64,000 nt of DNA from an uncultured delta proteobacterium (GCA_963796055.1 CAWCKH010000004.1:2976001-3040000), one strand, 5' to 3'; positions 28,100 to 39,015 are shown, counted from the first letter of the stretch. Translations and numbers: made by a program. The notes: generated by a model not told the origin, from the sequence alone.

Positions 28100-29812
28100 A
28101 TGTCGCTCCTCCTCGCCTCCGTCCTCGCCACCGCGCTCAGCGCGGCTCCGTCCTCCGTCGACCCCCGCCTGTCCATCCTCGATGCGATGAAGGAGGAGCT
28201 GGAACGCAACCGCACCCGGCTGAAGCTGGGCGAGAACCCGCCCCCGTACTTCATCAGCTACGCGGTGAAGGACCTCACCCAGTCCTACGTCGCCGCGCGG
28301 TACGGCGCGCTGTTCGACGACTCCACCAACCGCGACCGGCGGGTGTTCGCCGACGTGCGGGTGGGGAGCCACGAGCTCGACAACTCGGTCAACGAGGAGT
28401 TCGACTTCAACTTCTCGCTGAAGGGAACCAGCTACACCACCCGCAAGGAGGCGCCGCTCGACGACGACCTCACCGCGCTGCGCACCGCGCTCTGGCTCAT
28501 CACCGACGAGAAGTACAAGGGGGGGCTGTTCAATCTCTTGAAGAAGAAGGGCGAGGCCGTCTACGTGGTGGACGACCCGAAGAAGCCGCCCTCCTTCAGC
28601 CGCGAGCAGCCCAGCAGCTTCATCCAGCCGCCGGCCACCTACACCTTCGACCGGCCGCGGTGGACTGCGCTGGTGCGCAAGGTGTCGGCCCGCTTCAACG
28701 AGGCGGGGAAGATCTTCGACACCGACGTCCGCGTCACCGCCGACAAGGAGGTCCGGTACTTCGTCAACTCGGAGGGGTCGCGCATCCTCACCGAGATGAC
28801 CTTCTACGGGGTCCACCTCTACGCGGTGACCCGGGCCGACGACGGCCAGCTGCTCGACGACTCGCGCGACTACTACGGCTTCCGCGAGTCGGAGCTGCCG
28901 AGCGACGAGCGGCTGATGAAGGACGCCGAGTCGCTCATCCAGGAACTGCTCGCGCTCCGTGCCGCCCCGGCCATCGACCCGTACACCGGGCCGGCCATCC
29001 TCGAGGCCGAGGCCGCCGGGGTGCTCTTCCACGAGGCGGTGGGGCACCGGCTGGAAGGCGACCGGATGGACAACGACGCGGAGGGCAAGACCTACAAGGG
29101 GCAGATCGGGCGCGCGGTGCTCCCGTCCTTCATCACCATCGTCGACGACCCCACCCTGGCCACCCTGGGGGGCAAGTCGCTCAACGGCTTCTACCGGTAC
29201 GACGACGAGGGCATCCCCGCCCAGCGCGTCACCCTGGTCGACGCAGGGGTGCTGCGGAACTTCCTGGTCTCCCGGCACCCGGTGGACGGGTTCCTCCACA
29301 GCAACGGGCACGGGCGAGCGCAGGCGAACCGGAGACCGGTGGCGCGGATGGCCAACCTCATCGCCTCGTCCACCAAGCAGGTCAGTGACGCCGAGCTGAA
29401 GCGGATGCTGATCGCCGAGGCGAAGCGGCAGGGAAAGCCCTACGGGCTCATCATCCGCGACATCCAGGGCGGGAACACCAACACCTCCAGCTTCGGGTAC
29501 CAGGCGTTCAAGGGCATCCCCCGGCTGGTGTACCGGGTGGACGCGCGCGACGGGAAGGAGACCCTGGTCCGCGGGGTCGAGGTGGTGGGGACTCCGCTGT
29601 CGGCGGTGAGCAAGATCGTCGCCACCGGGAAGACCCAGGGCGTGTTCAACGGCTTCTGCGGGGCGGAGAGCGGGAACGTTCCGGTGTCCACCGTCGCCCC
29701 GGCGACCTTGCTCCGGGAGATCGAGCTGCAGCGGGTGGTGGAAGGCCGCGACCGGCCGCCGCTCCTCCCCAGCCCGGCCACCGAGCCGCCGCAGCGGGCG
29801 CAGGTTCCTTGA
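28100..29812 (+). CDS. TldD-family metalloprotease with signal peptide
   Basis: FHEAVGHRLEGD, YDDEG, SNGHGR, RMAN, GFCG; alternative start GTG 28067. Confidence 0.92.
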   Translation: MSLLLASVLATALSAAPSSVDPRLSILDAMKEELERNRTRLKLGENPPPYFISYAVKDLTQSYVAARYGALFDDSTNRDRRVFADVRVGSHELDNSVNEEFDFNFSLKGTSYTTRKEAPLDDDLTALRTALWLITDEKYKGGLFNLLKKKGEAVYVVDDPKKPPSFSREQPSSFIQPPATYTFDRPRWTALVRKVSARFNEAGKIFDTDVRVTADKEVRYFVNSEGSRILTEMTFYGVHLYAVTRADDGQLLDDSRDYYGFRESELPSDERLMKDAESLIQELLALRAAPAIDPYTGPAILEAEAAGVLFHEAVGHRLEGDRMDNDAEGKTYKGQIGRAVLPSFITIVDDPTLATLGGKSLNGFYRYDDEGIPAQRVTLVDAGVLRNFLVSRHPVDGFLHSNGHGRAQANRRPVARMANLIASSTKQVSDAELKRMLIAEAKRQGKPYGLIIRDIQGGNTNTSSFGYQAFKGIPRLVYRVDARDGKETLVRGVEVVGTPLSAVSKIVATGKTQGVFNGFCGAESGNVPVSTVAPATLLREIELQRVVEGRDRPPLLPSPATEPPQRAQVP

Positions 29813-29869
29813 GGTCCGAATGCCGGTGCCGGTGCGGGCCGCAGCCCTCGCGCTGGACCCGCCTCATGA

Positions 29870-30724
29870 TCAGTGTTCGGAGGTCAGCGCCGGCTGGAAG
29901 CCTCGCCAGCTCAGGTAACGCCGGAAGTCGGTGGCGAAGGACTCGACGCTGATCCCGACCGCCTCCTGGAAGGCCTCGAGGAAGCCCTTCCGGACGCGCA
30001 TCCGGTCGAGGATCCGCAGCGCCGTCGCGTCCCCGTAGCGCCGGTCCAGGAAGTCGAAGGCATGGTACGCGGCGCCGTAGGCGATCGCCGGGTCCGTCCG
30101 CACGATCTTCCCCGTCCCGCGCAGCAGATCGACTCCGGGATGCGCCGCGAGCCACTGTGCCAGCGACTCGGGCGGCGGCCACTGCGCTCCCTCCCCGGCG
30201 GTCACCGTCGCCATCCCCTCCCGGAACCAGAAGGGAATCCGTTCGCGCGGGTCCGACGGCGACCCGCCCGCCCGCTGGAACATCAGAGAGTGCGTGAGCT
30301 CGTGCTTGAGGAGATCGATCACCTGCGTCCTTCGGACCTGAGCGGCCAGCGCCGGATGCTCCGCCACACCGGGCGGAAGCGGCCACCAGCGCGGGTCCCA
30401 GAGAACCACCTGGTTCCTCCGTGCCCAGGCGGAGATGCCCGGCAGCGGACGGCCCACCGCCTCCTCGAGCTCCCGGTGCGAGTTCACCACGGTGATCGTC
30501 ACTGGCTCCGGAAGCCCACCCCATCGGGAGAGCACGTTCGCCGCCCCCGGAACTGTCGTGCGGAGGAGCCCTGCGATCTCCTCGTTCCACTCCACGAACT
30601 CGAGCCGGATCGTCCCGGTCTCGGTCAGCACCACCTCGCCGCCGCTGGCCCGGTGCGCCCCGCAGCTGATCGTGCCGACCGAGAGCATCGCCAGCAGGAC
30701 CGCGAGCCCGCGCGCTCCAATCAC
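29870..30724 (-). CDS. Lipoprotein zinc peptidase (MA-like)
   Basis: Lipobox-like TISC; HELTH and PFWFREGMA. Confidence 0.8.
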   Translation of the reverse strand: MIGARGLAVLLAMLSVGTISCGAHRASGGEVVLTETGTIRLEFVEWNEEIAGLLRTTVPGAANVLSRWGGLPEPVTITVVNSHRELEEAVGRPLPGISAWARRNQVVLWDPRWWPLPPGVAEHPALAAQVRRTQVIDLLKHELTHSLMFQRAGGSPSDPRERIPFWFREGMATVTAGEGAQWPPPESLAQWLAAHPGVDLLRGTGKIVRTDPAIAYGAAYHAFDFLDRRYGDATALRILDRMRVRKGFLEAFQEAVGISVESFATDFRRYLSWRGFQPALTSEH

Positions 30725-31638
30725 CCCGCGGCTCCGGCGATGAGCCCCGCCACATCGGCCACATTCTCCGGCGCCTGATCCTCGAGGGGCGGAAAGGACA
30801 GCAGCGCCACCGGCGCCAGGGTGTGGTTCCGCGTCCGGAGGTCCTCCACGTTCCCGTGGTCGCTGCACACCAGGACACGCACGTCCGCCGGCCGCCGCCG
30901 CAGCACCGCTCGGGCGAAGGCATCGAACGTCTCCAGCGCCGACTCCGCCAGCGCCATGTCCTTGGCGTGCCCCGCCTCGTCCGCGAGGAAGTGCTCGAAG
31001 AGGGTGAAGTCCGTGCCCTCCGCCGCCCGCCAGAAGATCTCCGCCGCCTCATCCGGCGTCCGCAGCGGCACGTCGAACCCACGCGCGCGGCCGCGAGCAC
31101 CCGTCACGTCGTGCGACAGCGCTTCTCCTGCCCGGAGCTGGTCCAGGGTTCGCAGCGGCACCTCCGCCGCCGCGAACGCCAGAGTGGTGGACGACGGCTT
31201 GAGCCGCCGCCGCGCCCGGGCGGGAATCTCCACCTCGGGCTCGCGCGCCGGCGCGTGCGGCAACCCCAGCGCCGCCAGGTACGCCCCCGGGTACCCGTTC
31301 ACGAACGTCGCGCGACGGCCGGCGCCGACCAGCCGCTTCACCACCGAGGCGCGGAGGAGAATCTCCCGCAGCGCTGCGTCCGGGAACCCCAGCACATGCC
31401 GGCCCAGCAGCCGGGGGGCCGGTTCACCGGTCAGGATCGCCGTCTGGTTCGTCGCCGACTGGGGCCGGCCGGGCACCCCGAAGGTCGTCTCCAGGAGCGT
31501 TCGCGCGCCGCCAGGCAACACGGTGCCGCTCCCATCCTCGAACTGCGAGAGGAGCCACTCACCCCGGGCGAGGGGGTTGAACTGCGGGTCCCGGGCGCCG
31601 ACCCCGACGCCGTCGATGAAGAGCAGCGCGACGCGCAC
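30721..31638 (-). CDS. Alkaline-phosphatase-superfamily metalloenzyme (phosphoglycerate/phosphopentomutase-like)
   Basis: FIDGVGVG, PQSATNQT, DEAGH, SDHGN, HT. Confidence 0.88.
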   Translation of the reverse strand: MRVALLFIDGVGVGARDPQFNPLARGEWLLSQFEDGSGTVLPGGARTLLETTFGVPGRPQSATNQTAILTGEPAPRLLGRHVLGFPDAALREILLRASVVKRLVGAGRRATFVNGYPGAYLAALGLPHAPAREPEVEIPARARRRLKPSSTTLAFAAAEVPLRTLDQLRAGEALSHDVTGARGRARGFDVPLRTPDEAAEIFWRAAEGTDFTLFEHFLADEAGHAKDMALAESALETFDAFARAVLRRRPADVRVLVCSDHGNVEDLRTRNHTLAPVALLSFPPLEDQAPENVADVAGLIAGAAG

Positions 31639-31655
31639 CGGGGCGCGTCCTCGAC

Positions 31656-31847
31656 TCAGGCGGCCTTGGTGACCTTGCCCGCCTTGATGCAGCGGGTGCA
31701 GGCCAGGACGCGCTGGGTGCGCCCATCCACGGTCGCCCGGAGCTTCTGCAGATTGGGCAGCGACCGCGTCTTGGACTTGTTGTTGGCGTGGCTCACCTTG
31801 TTCCCGACCAGCGGGCGCTTGCCACAGATGTCGCACTTCCAGGCCAT
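31656..31847 (-). CDS. rpmB: 50S ribosomal protein L28
   Basis: [24 protein letters not shown]. Confidence 0.97.
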   Translation of the reverse strand: MAWKCDICGKRPLVGNKVSHANNKSKTRSLPNLQKLRATVDGRTQRVLACTRCIKAGKVTKAA

Positions 31848-31928
31848 TGCCAGGGACTCCCGAGACGGACGAAGCGGGGCTGTGTAGCCGAAACCCGGCC
31901 CGAGCGCCAGCCGGAGTGCCCAACCCCG

Positions 31929-33425
31929 CTACCGCTTGAGCGGATCTCGCTTCCGGACCTGCTCGTGCACCAGCCCCGCCGCCCGGGCCGCCGCCAGCAG
32001 CTCTCCCTCCAGCCCCACCCCCAGGACCGCCTCCCGGCCGGCGAAGAGCACGTGCCTGGCCGGGGTGCGGACGCCCAGTCCTTCCACACCGGTCGCCGAC
32101 CCCTCCACCGCGCCATAGATGACCTGCGGGCCGGCGCCGCCCAGCGCCCCCGGCCCGTCCACCAGCGGAACCGAGCGCGCCACCCGCTCCGCCACCGAGA
32201 ACGGCATCAGCGCCTCCAGGGCCCGCTCCACCCCCGCCGCCGGGAGCCGCAGGCCGGATTCGCCCGCGTCCCGGACACCTGCCCCCACCAGCGCCGAGGC
32301 GCTCACCGTGCGCAGCGACTCCTCGTCGCCGCGCGCTCCCGCCCGCCGCGTGGCGTGCACCTGGATCCACACCGGTCCGGTCTGCCCGCCATCCATCAGG
32401 ACCAGGTCGCCCATCCCGCGGGGGAGCACCTTCTCCGGAACCACCCAGTGGACAGTGAGCACCAGCCGCTTCGGAACCAGGCCCACCAGGTGCTCCGCCA
32501 GCTTCGTCCCCGGACCCTCGTCGGCGAGGAGCCCGGCCAGCAGCCCCGGATCCATCGCCGCCACCAGCCACGGCGCCCGGTACACCGCCTCGGCGCCGCG
32601 TACCCGGAGGGTCACCTGAGGCCCCTCGAAGTCGATGCCTTCCACCGCGCGCCCGGCGAGGCCCTCCTGGTTCAGCAACGTCCCCCCCAGCTCGGTGAAG
32701 CGCCGCCCCAGCGTCTCCCTGAGTCCCTCGCGTCCGCCGGGCAGGCGCAGCGGCGTCTTCAGCAGCTGGGCCAGGACCCGGGTGACGGCGAGCGGCCCGG
32801 GCGGCTCCTGCTGCACCAGGAGTGGCACCGCGCCGGTCAGCAGCGCCTCCAGCGGCTCGTCGGCGGACAGCGGCGAGGGCCGGGTGAGCCCCTCCACCCG
32901 CGCCGCCCGCCGGCGCAGGCGGATCCGCTCGAGCCAGCCGCCGGGCGTGAAGTCGTCCAGGAAGCGGAAGAAGGGGTCGGAGGCCTCCGGCATCGCGGTG
33001 AGCGTGGCCAGCGTCTCGGCCACCCGGCTGCCCCCGTTGCCGAACTCGCGCTGCAGCTCGGCCAGCCGCCGGGGCGACTCCACCGGTAGCTCCAGCCGGT
33101 GACGGGGGAGGACGATCTGCCACGGCCCGGCGGGCTTCAGCGCCCGCTGGAAGCCAGTGGTGAGCCCGAGCTCGGTGAAGCAGCTCTCCACCATCGGCCA
33201 CAGCCGGAACGGCGGGACGACGTACGGCGGGGAGGAGAAGAGGAATCCGTCGTGCTCGTACCCCGGCGCGAGGTGGGCGTGCTCGGCCCACAGCACGCGG
33301 AGTCCCCGCTTGGCGAGCAGCGCCCCGGCCAGCGCCCCGCCGAGCTCGGCCCCGAGCACCAGCACGTCGTAGACGTGGCGCGAGGGCCCCGGCGCGATGC
33401 GCGGTCGTGGGGGAAGCGTCGGCAC
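31929..33425 (-). CDS. FAD-dependent oxidoreductase (phytoene desaturase-like)
   Basis: YDVLVLGAELGGALAGALLAKRG Rossmann motif; LGLEGE-like C-terminal motif. Confidence 0.75.
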   Translation of the reverse strand: MPTLPPRPRIAPGPSRHVYDVLVLGAELGGALAGALLAKRGLRVLWAEHAHLAPGYEHDGFLFSSPPYVVPPFRLWPMVESCFTELGLTTGFQRALKPAGPWQIVLPRHRLELPVESPRRLAELQREFGNGGSRVAETLATLTAMPEASDPFFRFLDDFTPGGWLERIRLRRRAARVEGLTRPSPLSADEPLEALLTGAVPLLVQQEPPGPLAVTRVLAQLLKTPLRLPGGREGLRETLGRRFTELGGTLLNQEGLAGRAVEGIDFEGPQVTLRVRGAEAVYRAPWLVAAMDPGLLAGLLADEGPGTKLAEHLVGLVPKRLVLTVHWVVPEKVLPRGMGDLVLMDGGQTGPVWIQVHATRRAGARGDEESLRTVSASALVGAGVRDAGESGLRLPAAGVERALEALMPFSVAERVARSVPLVDGPGALGGAGPQVIYGAVEGSATGVEGLGVRTPARHVLFAGREAVLGVGLEGELLAAARAAGLVHEQVRKRDPLKR

Positions 33426-33427
33426 TT

Positions 33428-34087
33428 CTACAAGCTTCCTGGGTTGACCAGCGAGAGCCCTGCCGTCTCGGGGGCACCGCCGGCCACGTGCACCCGCCGG
33501 CCCTCCACCCGGAGCCGGCCCGCGGCCAGCAGCCCGAGCGCGAGCGGGAAGAGACGGTGCTCCTGCTCCTGGATGCGCTTCTGGAGCGACTCCTCGGTGT
33601 CACCGTCGAGCACCGGCACCGCCGCCTGCGCCACGATGGGGCCGGTGTCGGTGCCCTCGTCGACGAGGTGCACGCTGCAGCCGGTCACCTTCACCCCGTG
33701 CTCCAGCGCCTGGCGGTGCGCGTGCAGGCCCGGGAAGCTGGGCAGCAGGGCAGGGTGGACGTTGAGCACCCCGCCGGGGAAGGCGCGGAGGAACGTCGGG
33801 CCCACCAGCCGCATGAAGCCGGCGAGGCAGGCGATGGCGCATCCGAAGGGAGCGATGGCCTCGACCAGCGCCCGGTCATACGCGGCGCGGTCCGGGTACC
33901 CCTGGTGGGACAGCACCCGCGTCGGCACCCCCGCCAGCGCCGCCCGCTCCAGCGCCCGGACGCCGGCGACATTCGACACCACCACCGCGATGCGGGCGGG
34001 GTACCCCGGCACGGCGGCCGCATCGAGCAGGGACTGGAGGTTGGTGCCCGACCCCGAGACGAGCACCGCGACGGGCGCGGGGCTCAC
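33428..34087 (-). CDS. purN: Phosphoribosylglycinamide formyltransferase
   Basis: [27 protein letters not shown]. Confidence 0.97.
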   Translation of the reverse strand: MSPAPVAVLVSGSGTNLQSLLDAAAVPGYPARIAVVVSNVAGVRALERAALAGVPTRVLSHQGYPDRAAYDRALVEAIAPFGCAIACLAGFMRLVGPTFLRAFPGGVLNVHPALLPSFPGLHAHRQALEHGVKVTGCSVHLVDEGTDTGPIVAQAAVPVLDGDTEESLQKRIQEQEHRLFPLALGLLAAGRLRVEGRRVHVAGGAPETAGLSLVNPGSL

Positions 34088-35118
34088 CGGACGATGACCG
34101 CCGTCGGCTCGCCGCTGGACGCCTCGATCCGGCCCACCTCCCACCCCGGCACGCCGCGTGCCGAGAGCAGCGCGAGGGCGGGCTGAACCGCCGCTCGAGG
34201 CATCACCGCCACCATCCCCAGCCCCATGTTGAAGGTGGAGTCCATCTCCGCGTCCGACACGGCGCCCAGCCGCTGCAGCCAGTCGAACACCGCCGGCCGC
34301 GGCCACGCCCTCGCCTCCAGCACCGCCCGCGTGCCGTCCGGCAAGCAGCGCGGGACGTTTCCCGGCAGGCCGCTCCCCGTCACGTGGGCGAGCCCCTTCA
34401 CCTCCACCGACTCGAGGAGCGCCAGCACGTCCTTGACGTAGATGCGGGTGGGCTCCAGCAGCACCTCGGCGACCGTCCTTCCCCCGAGCTCGGGAGGCCG
34501 CGCATCGAGCGCCACCTGCGCATCGGCGAGGATGCGGCGGACCAGGCTGAACCCGTTGGAGTGCACCCCGCTGCTCGCCAGGCCCACCAGCGCATCCCCG
34601 GGCCGGATGCTCGCTCCGGTGAGGATGCGGGACCGCTCCACGATGCCCACGCAGAAGCCGGCGAGGTCGTACTCGTTCCCGTCCGCGCCGGGGTGCTCGG
34701 CGGTCTCGCCCCCGAGCAAGGTGCAGCCGGCACGGAGACAGCCCTCGGCGACGCCCTTCACCACCTCGGTGGCCTGGTCCACGTCGAGTCGGCCGGTGGC
34801 GAGGTAGTCGAGGAAGAAGAGCGGCTCGGCCCCCGAGGTGAGCACGTCGTTGACGCTCATCGCCACCAGGTCGATGCCCACCGTGTCGTGCCTTCCGGCG
34901 GCCAGGGCAATCTTCAGCTTCGTCCCCACCCCGTCGGTGCCCGAGACCAGCACCGGCTCGCGGTACTTCCCCGGAGGGATGGCGAAGAGCCCGCCGAAGC
35001 CGCCCACCCCGGAGACCACCTCCGGGCGCAGGGTGCGCGCGGCGAACGGCTTGATGCGCTCAACCAGCGCGTCGCCCGCCTCGATGTCGACGCCGGCGTC
35101 CTTGTAGGTGAGTCCCAT
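34084..35118 (-). CDS. purM: AIR synthetase
   Basis: [38 protein letters not shown]. Confidence 0.98.
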   Translation of the reverse strand: MGLTYKDAGVDIEAGDALVERIKPFAARTLRPEVVSGVGGFGGLFAIPPGKYREPVLVSGTDGVGTKLKIALAAGRHDTVGIDLVAMSVNDVLTSGAEPLFFLDYLATGRLDVDQATEVVKGVAEGCLRAGCTLLGGETAEHPGADGNEYDLAGFCVGIVERSRILTGASIRPGDALVGLASSGVHSNGFSLVRRILADAQVALDARPPELGGRTVAEVLLEPTRIYVKDVLALLESVEVKGLAHVTGSGLPGNVPRCLPDGTRAVLEARAWPRPAVFDWLQRLGAVSDAEMDSTFNMGLGMVAVMPRAAVQPALALLSARGVPGWEVGRIEASSGEPTAVIVR

Positions 35119-35210
35119 GGGGCCCGGCGCTTTCTACGCGATCTGACCCACGGCGACGAGCGTCCTCCACTTGCCCCATGCCCCCCGCCCGGTCGTAGGC
35201 TTGTCGGCGC

Positions 35211-37520
35211 TTGCTGCCCGAGCGCCTCCGCTGGGTGAGCCGTCGCCGCTACGAGCTGGTGGGGCTCGCCGTCGCCGTGGCCATGGCGCTGCTCCACTGG
35301 GCCACGGACGGGCGGCAGGCGGGCGCCGGCACCGGCCCCCGGGCGGCGGTGCTGCGCATCCTCTCCGCGCTCGAGGGCCGGGCCTCCGACCTCCAGATCT
35401 GGGCGCGGGGCGTCCGCGCGCCGCACCCGGACGTGGTGGTGGCGGCGGTCGACGAGCGCTCTGTGCAGCGCTATGGGCGCTGGCCCTGGAGCCGCGACCA
35501 GCTCGCCCGCGCCGTTGCCCGGCTCCACGAGGCCGGACCGGCGGCCATCGGGCTGGACATCACCTTCACCGACGAGGACCGGGGCTCGGACGCCGCGGTG
35601 ATGAGCGAGGCGGCGGAGGCGCTCGGCCAGGCCCTGGGGGACCTCCCCGAGTCCTCTCGCCTGGCGTTCAGCCCGGTGCTGGCCACCCTGAAGGCGCGGG
35701 CCTCGGGTAGCGGTGACGCCGCGCTCGCCCGGGCGCTGGCCGACGCGCCGGAGGTGGTGCAGGGCGTGTCGGCCTACGGCAGCGGCGAGGCTCACGATTA
35801 CCTCGAGCAGCGCGAGATGGCCGAGTCGCTGCTCCGCTCGCGGATGCTGACCCACTTCCCGGGTCCGTCCGGGAGGTCCTTCTTCGAGGTACCGCTGGAC
35901 CGGAGCATCGCCGAGCGCTTCGTCTCGGCCCAGGTGCCGCTCCCCGGGCTGCTTCCGCCTGCCCAGCCGCTGGGCCACTTCAACGTGCTGCGGGACGATG
36001 ACGGGGTGGTGCGACTCACCCCGCCCTTCGTGCAGCTGGAGCATCCCCCGGGGCTCCTCCCCTCGCTCGAGCTGCAGACGGCGGCCACGGCGCTGGAGGC
36101 CACGGTGGAGCCGGTCTGGGACCCGGAGCTCGGCCAGCTGGTGGCGGCGCGGCTCCGGCGCGACGGCCAGGTGGTCCGCACCGTTCCCCTCGCCCTCAAG
36201 CGCCCCCGGGCCCGCATCGACTACCCCGGTCCGGCGGAGGTCTTCCACACCGTCGCCCTCGCCGACGTGGTGGACCGCAAGCTGCCGCCCGAGGCGCTGC
36301 GGGGGAAGGTGGTGCTGGTCGGGGTGACGCTGGTGGGCCAGTACGACCAGGTGGTGACCCCCTTCCGGAACCTGGAAGCGGGCATCTACGCCCACGCGGC
36401 GATGCTCTCCAGCATCCTCTCCGGCCGCTTCCTCCAGCGCGGGACGGGAGCGGTGCTGGCCGAGCTGATCTTCATCCTCGGCGCGGGGCTCCTCCTGGGG
36501 CTGGTGCTCCCCCGAGCCTCGCCGTGGCTCAAGGCCGCGGTCCCCCTGGCGCTGGCGCTGGGGTGGGTGGCGGTGGTGCAGCTCGCGCTCCGGCGCGGGG
36601 TGGTGCTGGCCTCGGCCCTTCCCCTGGCGAACGTGTTCCTCGCGGCCTTCGCGGTGGTCTTCGTCGGCTACCTCGTCACCGACCGGGAGAAGATCCGGCT
36701 CCGGCGCACCTTCCGGTACTACGTCGCCGAGAGCGTGATGACCGAGATGCTCGACCACCCCGAACTGCTGCGGCTGGGCGGCGAGAAGCGCGACTGCACC
36801 GTGCTCTTCAGCGACATCCGCGGCTTCACCGCGCTCAGCGAGACCATGGCCCCCGAGGCGCTGGTGAAGTTCATCAATGGCTATCTGTCGCCCATGACCC
36901 GCATCGTGCTGGAGGAGGGCGGGACGCTGGACAAGTACATCGGCGACGCGCTGATGGCGTTCTGGGGCGCGCCGATCCCCCAGGAGGACCACGCGCTGCG
37001 CGCCTGCCGGACCGCGCTCCGCTTCCTCGAGGAGCTGGAGCAGCTTCGCAAGGGCTGGAGAGCCGAGGGGCTGCCGGAGATCGAGATCGGCGTGGGCATC
37101 AACAGTGGGTCCATGGTGGTGGGAAACATGGGGTCGGACCTGCGCTTCGACTACACGGTGATGGGCGACGCGGTGAACATGGCCTCACGGCTGGAGGGTG
37201 CGAACAAGCTCTTCCAGACCAGCATCATGGTGTCCGAGGAGACCTGGCGTCGCATCGCCACCGAGGCCACCGGGCGCCGGCTGGGCTCGCTGCGGCTGCG
37301 CGGGCGGTCCGAGCCGGTGCGGGTCTGGGAGCTGCTCGCGCTCCGGCGCCCCACCGCGGAGGAGCAGGCGACCATCGCCCGGTTCGAGGAGGCGGTGGAT
37401 GCGCTCGCCGCCCGGCGGGTGCAGGAGGCCGAGGCCGGGTTCCAGGCGGTGCTCGCCGCGCATCCGGACGACCGCGTCGCGCGCCGGTACCTGTCCGAGG
37501 CGCGGACCTCGACGGTGTAG
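35211..37520 (+). CDS. CHASE2-domain class III adenylate cyclase
   Basis: GRWPWSR CHASE2; three TM helices; FSDIRGFT, DKYIGD, DYTVMGDAVNMASRLE. Confidence 0.95.
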   Translation: MLPERLRWVSRRRYELVGLAVAVAMALLHWATDGRQAGAGTGPRAAVLRILSALEGRASDLQIWARGVRAPHPDVVVAAVDERSVQRYGRWPWSRDQLARAVARLHEAGPAAIGLDITFTDEDRGSDAAVMSEAAEALGQALGDLPESSRLAFSPVLATLKARASGSGDAALARALADAPEVVQGVSAYGSGEAHDYLEQREMAESLLRSRMLTHFPGPSGRSFFEVPLDRSIAERFVSAQVPLPGLLPPAQPLGHFNVLRDDDGVVRLTPPFVQLEHPPGLLPSLELQTAATALEATVEPVWDPELGQLVAARLRRDGQVVRTVPLALKRPRARIDYPGPAEVFHTVALADVVDRKLPPEALRGKVVLVGVTLVGQYDQVVTPFRNLEAGIYAHAAMLSSILSGRFLQRGTGAVLAELIFILGAGLLLGLVLPRASPWLKAAVPLALALGWVAVVQLALRRGVVLASALPLANVFLAAFAVVFVGYLVTDREKIRLRRTFRYYVAESVMTEMLDHPELLRLGGEKRDCTVLFSDIRGFTALSETMAPEALVKFINGYLSPMTRIVLEEGGTLDKYIGDALMAFWGAPIPQEDHALRACRTALRFLEELEQLRKGWRAEGLPEIEIGVGINSGSMVVGNMGSDLRFDYTVMGDAVNMASRLEGANKLFQTSIMVSEETWRRIATEATGRRLGSLRLRGRSEPVRVWELLALRRPTAEEQATIARFEEAVDALAARRVQEAEAGFQAVLAAHPDDRVARRYLSEARTSTV

Positions 37521-37609
37521 GGCGCGCTCTTCCAGGCCTGTCGCACGCCCAGGAAAGTTGCGCCCTTCGGTGCCAGTTGATTGACTTCCCTCTCGACGCA
37601 CCTGCCCAC

Positions 37610-38263
37610 ATGCCCACTGCCGAAGACACGCTCTTCCAGCGGTTCGGGAAGGAGTTTCCCAAGGGAACCGTGCTCTTCCACGAGGGCGAGACCGGGAAGG
37701 AGATGTTCGTCCTCCAGTCGGGCAGGGTGGTCATCACTCGCACCGTCCGGGACACGGTGAAGACCCTGGCCACGCTCGGGCCCGGCGAGTTCTTCGGCGA
37801 GATGGCGCTGATCTCCAACAAGCCGAGGAACGCGACCGCCACGGTGGAGGAGCCGGCGCGGCTCCTGGTCATCGACCCCAAGACCTTCGAGGGGATGATC
37901 CGCGGCAACTCGGAGATCGCCGTCCGGATGATCAAGAAGCTCGCCGAGCGGCTCGACGAGGCGGATGCACAGATCGAGAACCTCCTGCTCGCCGACCCGG
38001 GCAGCCGGGTGGTGCACCAGATCCTCCACGCCTGCCAGAGCCGCGGCCGGCCGCTGGAGGAGGGCGTGGAGATCGACCTCAACGTCCGGGAGCTGCCGCG
38101 GCTGACCGGGGTGGGCGAGCCTGGCATCCGGGCCGAGCTCCAGCGCATGGAGCGCAGTGGGCTGGTGGAGCGCACCGGCGACCGGCTCCTGGTGCGGGAC
38201 CCGGCGCGCCTGCAAGATTACTTGGACTTCCTCGCTCTGCGCTGGAAGTTCGCCGAGCCATGA
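37610..38263 (+). CDS. Crp/Fnr-family cNMP-binding regulator
   Basis: LFHEGE, FFGEMALISNKPRNATA; C-terminal HTH-like region. Confidence 0.9.
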   Translation: MPTAEDTLFQRFGKEFPKGTVLFHEGETGKEMFVLQSGRVVITRTVRDTVKTLATLGPGEFFGEMALISNKPRNATATVEEPARLLVIDPKTFEGMIRGNSEIAVRMIKKLAERLDEADAQIENLLLADPGSRVVHQILHACQSRGRPLEEGVEIDLNVRELPRLTGVGEPGIRAELQRMERSGLVERTGDRLLVRDPARLQDYLDFLALRWKFAEP

Positions 38264-39015
38264 ACCTCCGGGTCCTCGGCTGCCACGGCGGTGAGCTTCC
38301 CGGATGCCGGAGCACCTGCTTCCTGGTCGACGGCTCGCTGGCGCTGGACGCCGGCGCGCTGACCGCCTCGCTCGACCTGCCGGCCCTGGCCAGCGTCGAT
38401 CACATCGTCCTCACCCACAGCCACTTCGACCACGTGAAGGACCTGCCGCTTCTCTCCGACCTGGTGGTCGGCTGGCGGAAGACCCCGATCACCATCTGGG
38501 CGAGCCACGACTGCACCCGGACGCTGCGGGACAACATGTTCAACGGCGCGCTCTGGCCGGACTTCACCCGCATCCCGTCACCGGAGCAGCCGGTGTTCCG
38601 GCTCCGGAGCTTCACGCCCGGCGAGACGTTCCAGCCCGGGCCGTACACCGTGCGCTCGGTGCTGGTGAGCCACCCGGTCGAGTCCTGCGGCTTCGTGGTG
38701 CAGCGTAACGGCGTCGCGCTGGGGATCAGCGGAGACACCGGCCCCACCCACCAGCTCTGGGAGGTTCTGAACCAGACGCCCAACCTCCGGGTGCTGCTGC
38801 TGGAGACCAGCTTCCCCGACGAGCTCCAGGATCTGGCGGACATCTCCGGCCACCTCACCCCGAGGACGCTGCGCGGCGAGCTGGCGAAGTTCCGGCGAAA
38901 CGGGACCGACGTCCTGCTGTACCACCTGAAGCCCGCCTTCGTGGCCGAGCTGAAGCGGCAGGTGGCGAACCTGCCGGTCCGGGTGCTCGAGCTGGGCGAC
39001 AGCTTCGACCTCTAA
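38260..39015 (+). CDS. Metallo-beta-lactamase-fold (class II) cyclic nucleotide phosphodiesterase
   Basis: LGCHGG, THSHFDH, FNGALWPDF, GDTG, ETSFP, HLTP, HLKP. Confidence 0.88.
   Translation: MNLRVLGCHGGELPGCRSTCFLVDGSLALDAGALTASLDLPALASVDHIVLTHSHFDHVKDLPLLSDLVVGWRKTPITIWASHDCTRTLRDNMFNGALWPDFTRIPSPEQPVFRLRSFTPGETFQPGPYTVRSVLVSHPVESCGFVVQRNGVALGISGDTGPTHQLWEVLNQTPNLRVLLLETSFPDELQDLADISGHLTPRTLRGELAKFRRNGTDVLLYHLKPAFVAELKRQVANLPVRVLELGDSFDL

Noticed and set aside
31639..33603. N-terminal extension making a 960-aa ORF
   Set aside because: Overlaps rpmB and the desaturase in another frame; the real gene starts at 31638
35211..39015. Pycsar/CBASS-like defence system
   Set aside because: Membrane CHASE2 cyclase with adenine-specific Lys/Thr, a Crp-type reader, and a housekeeping context
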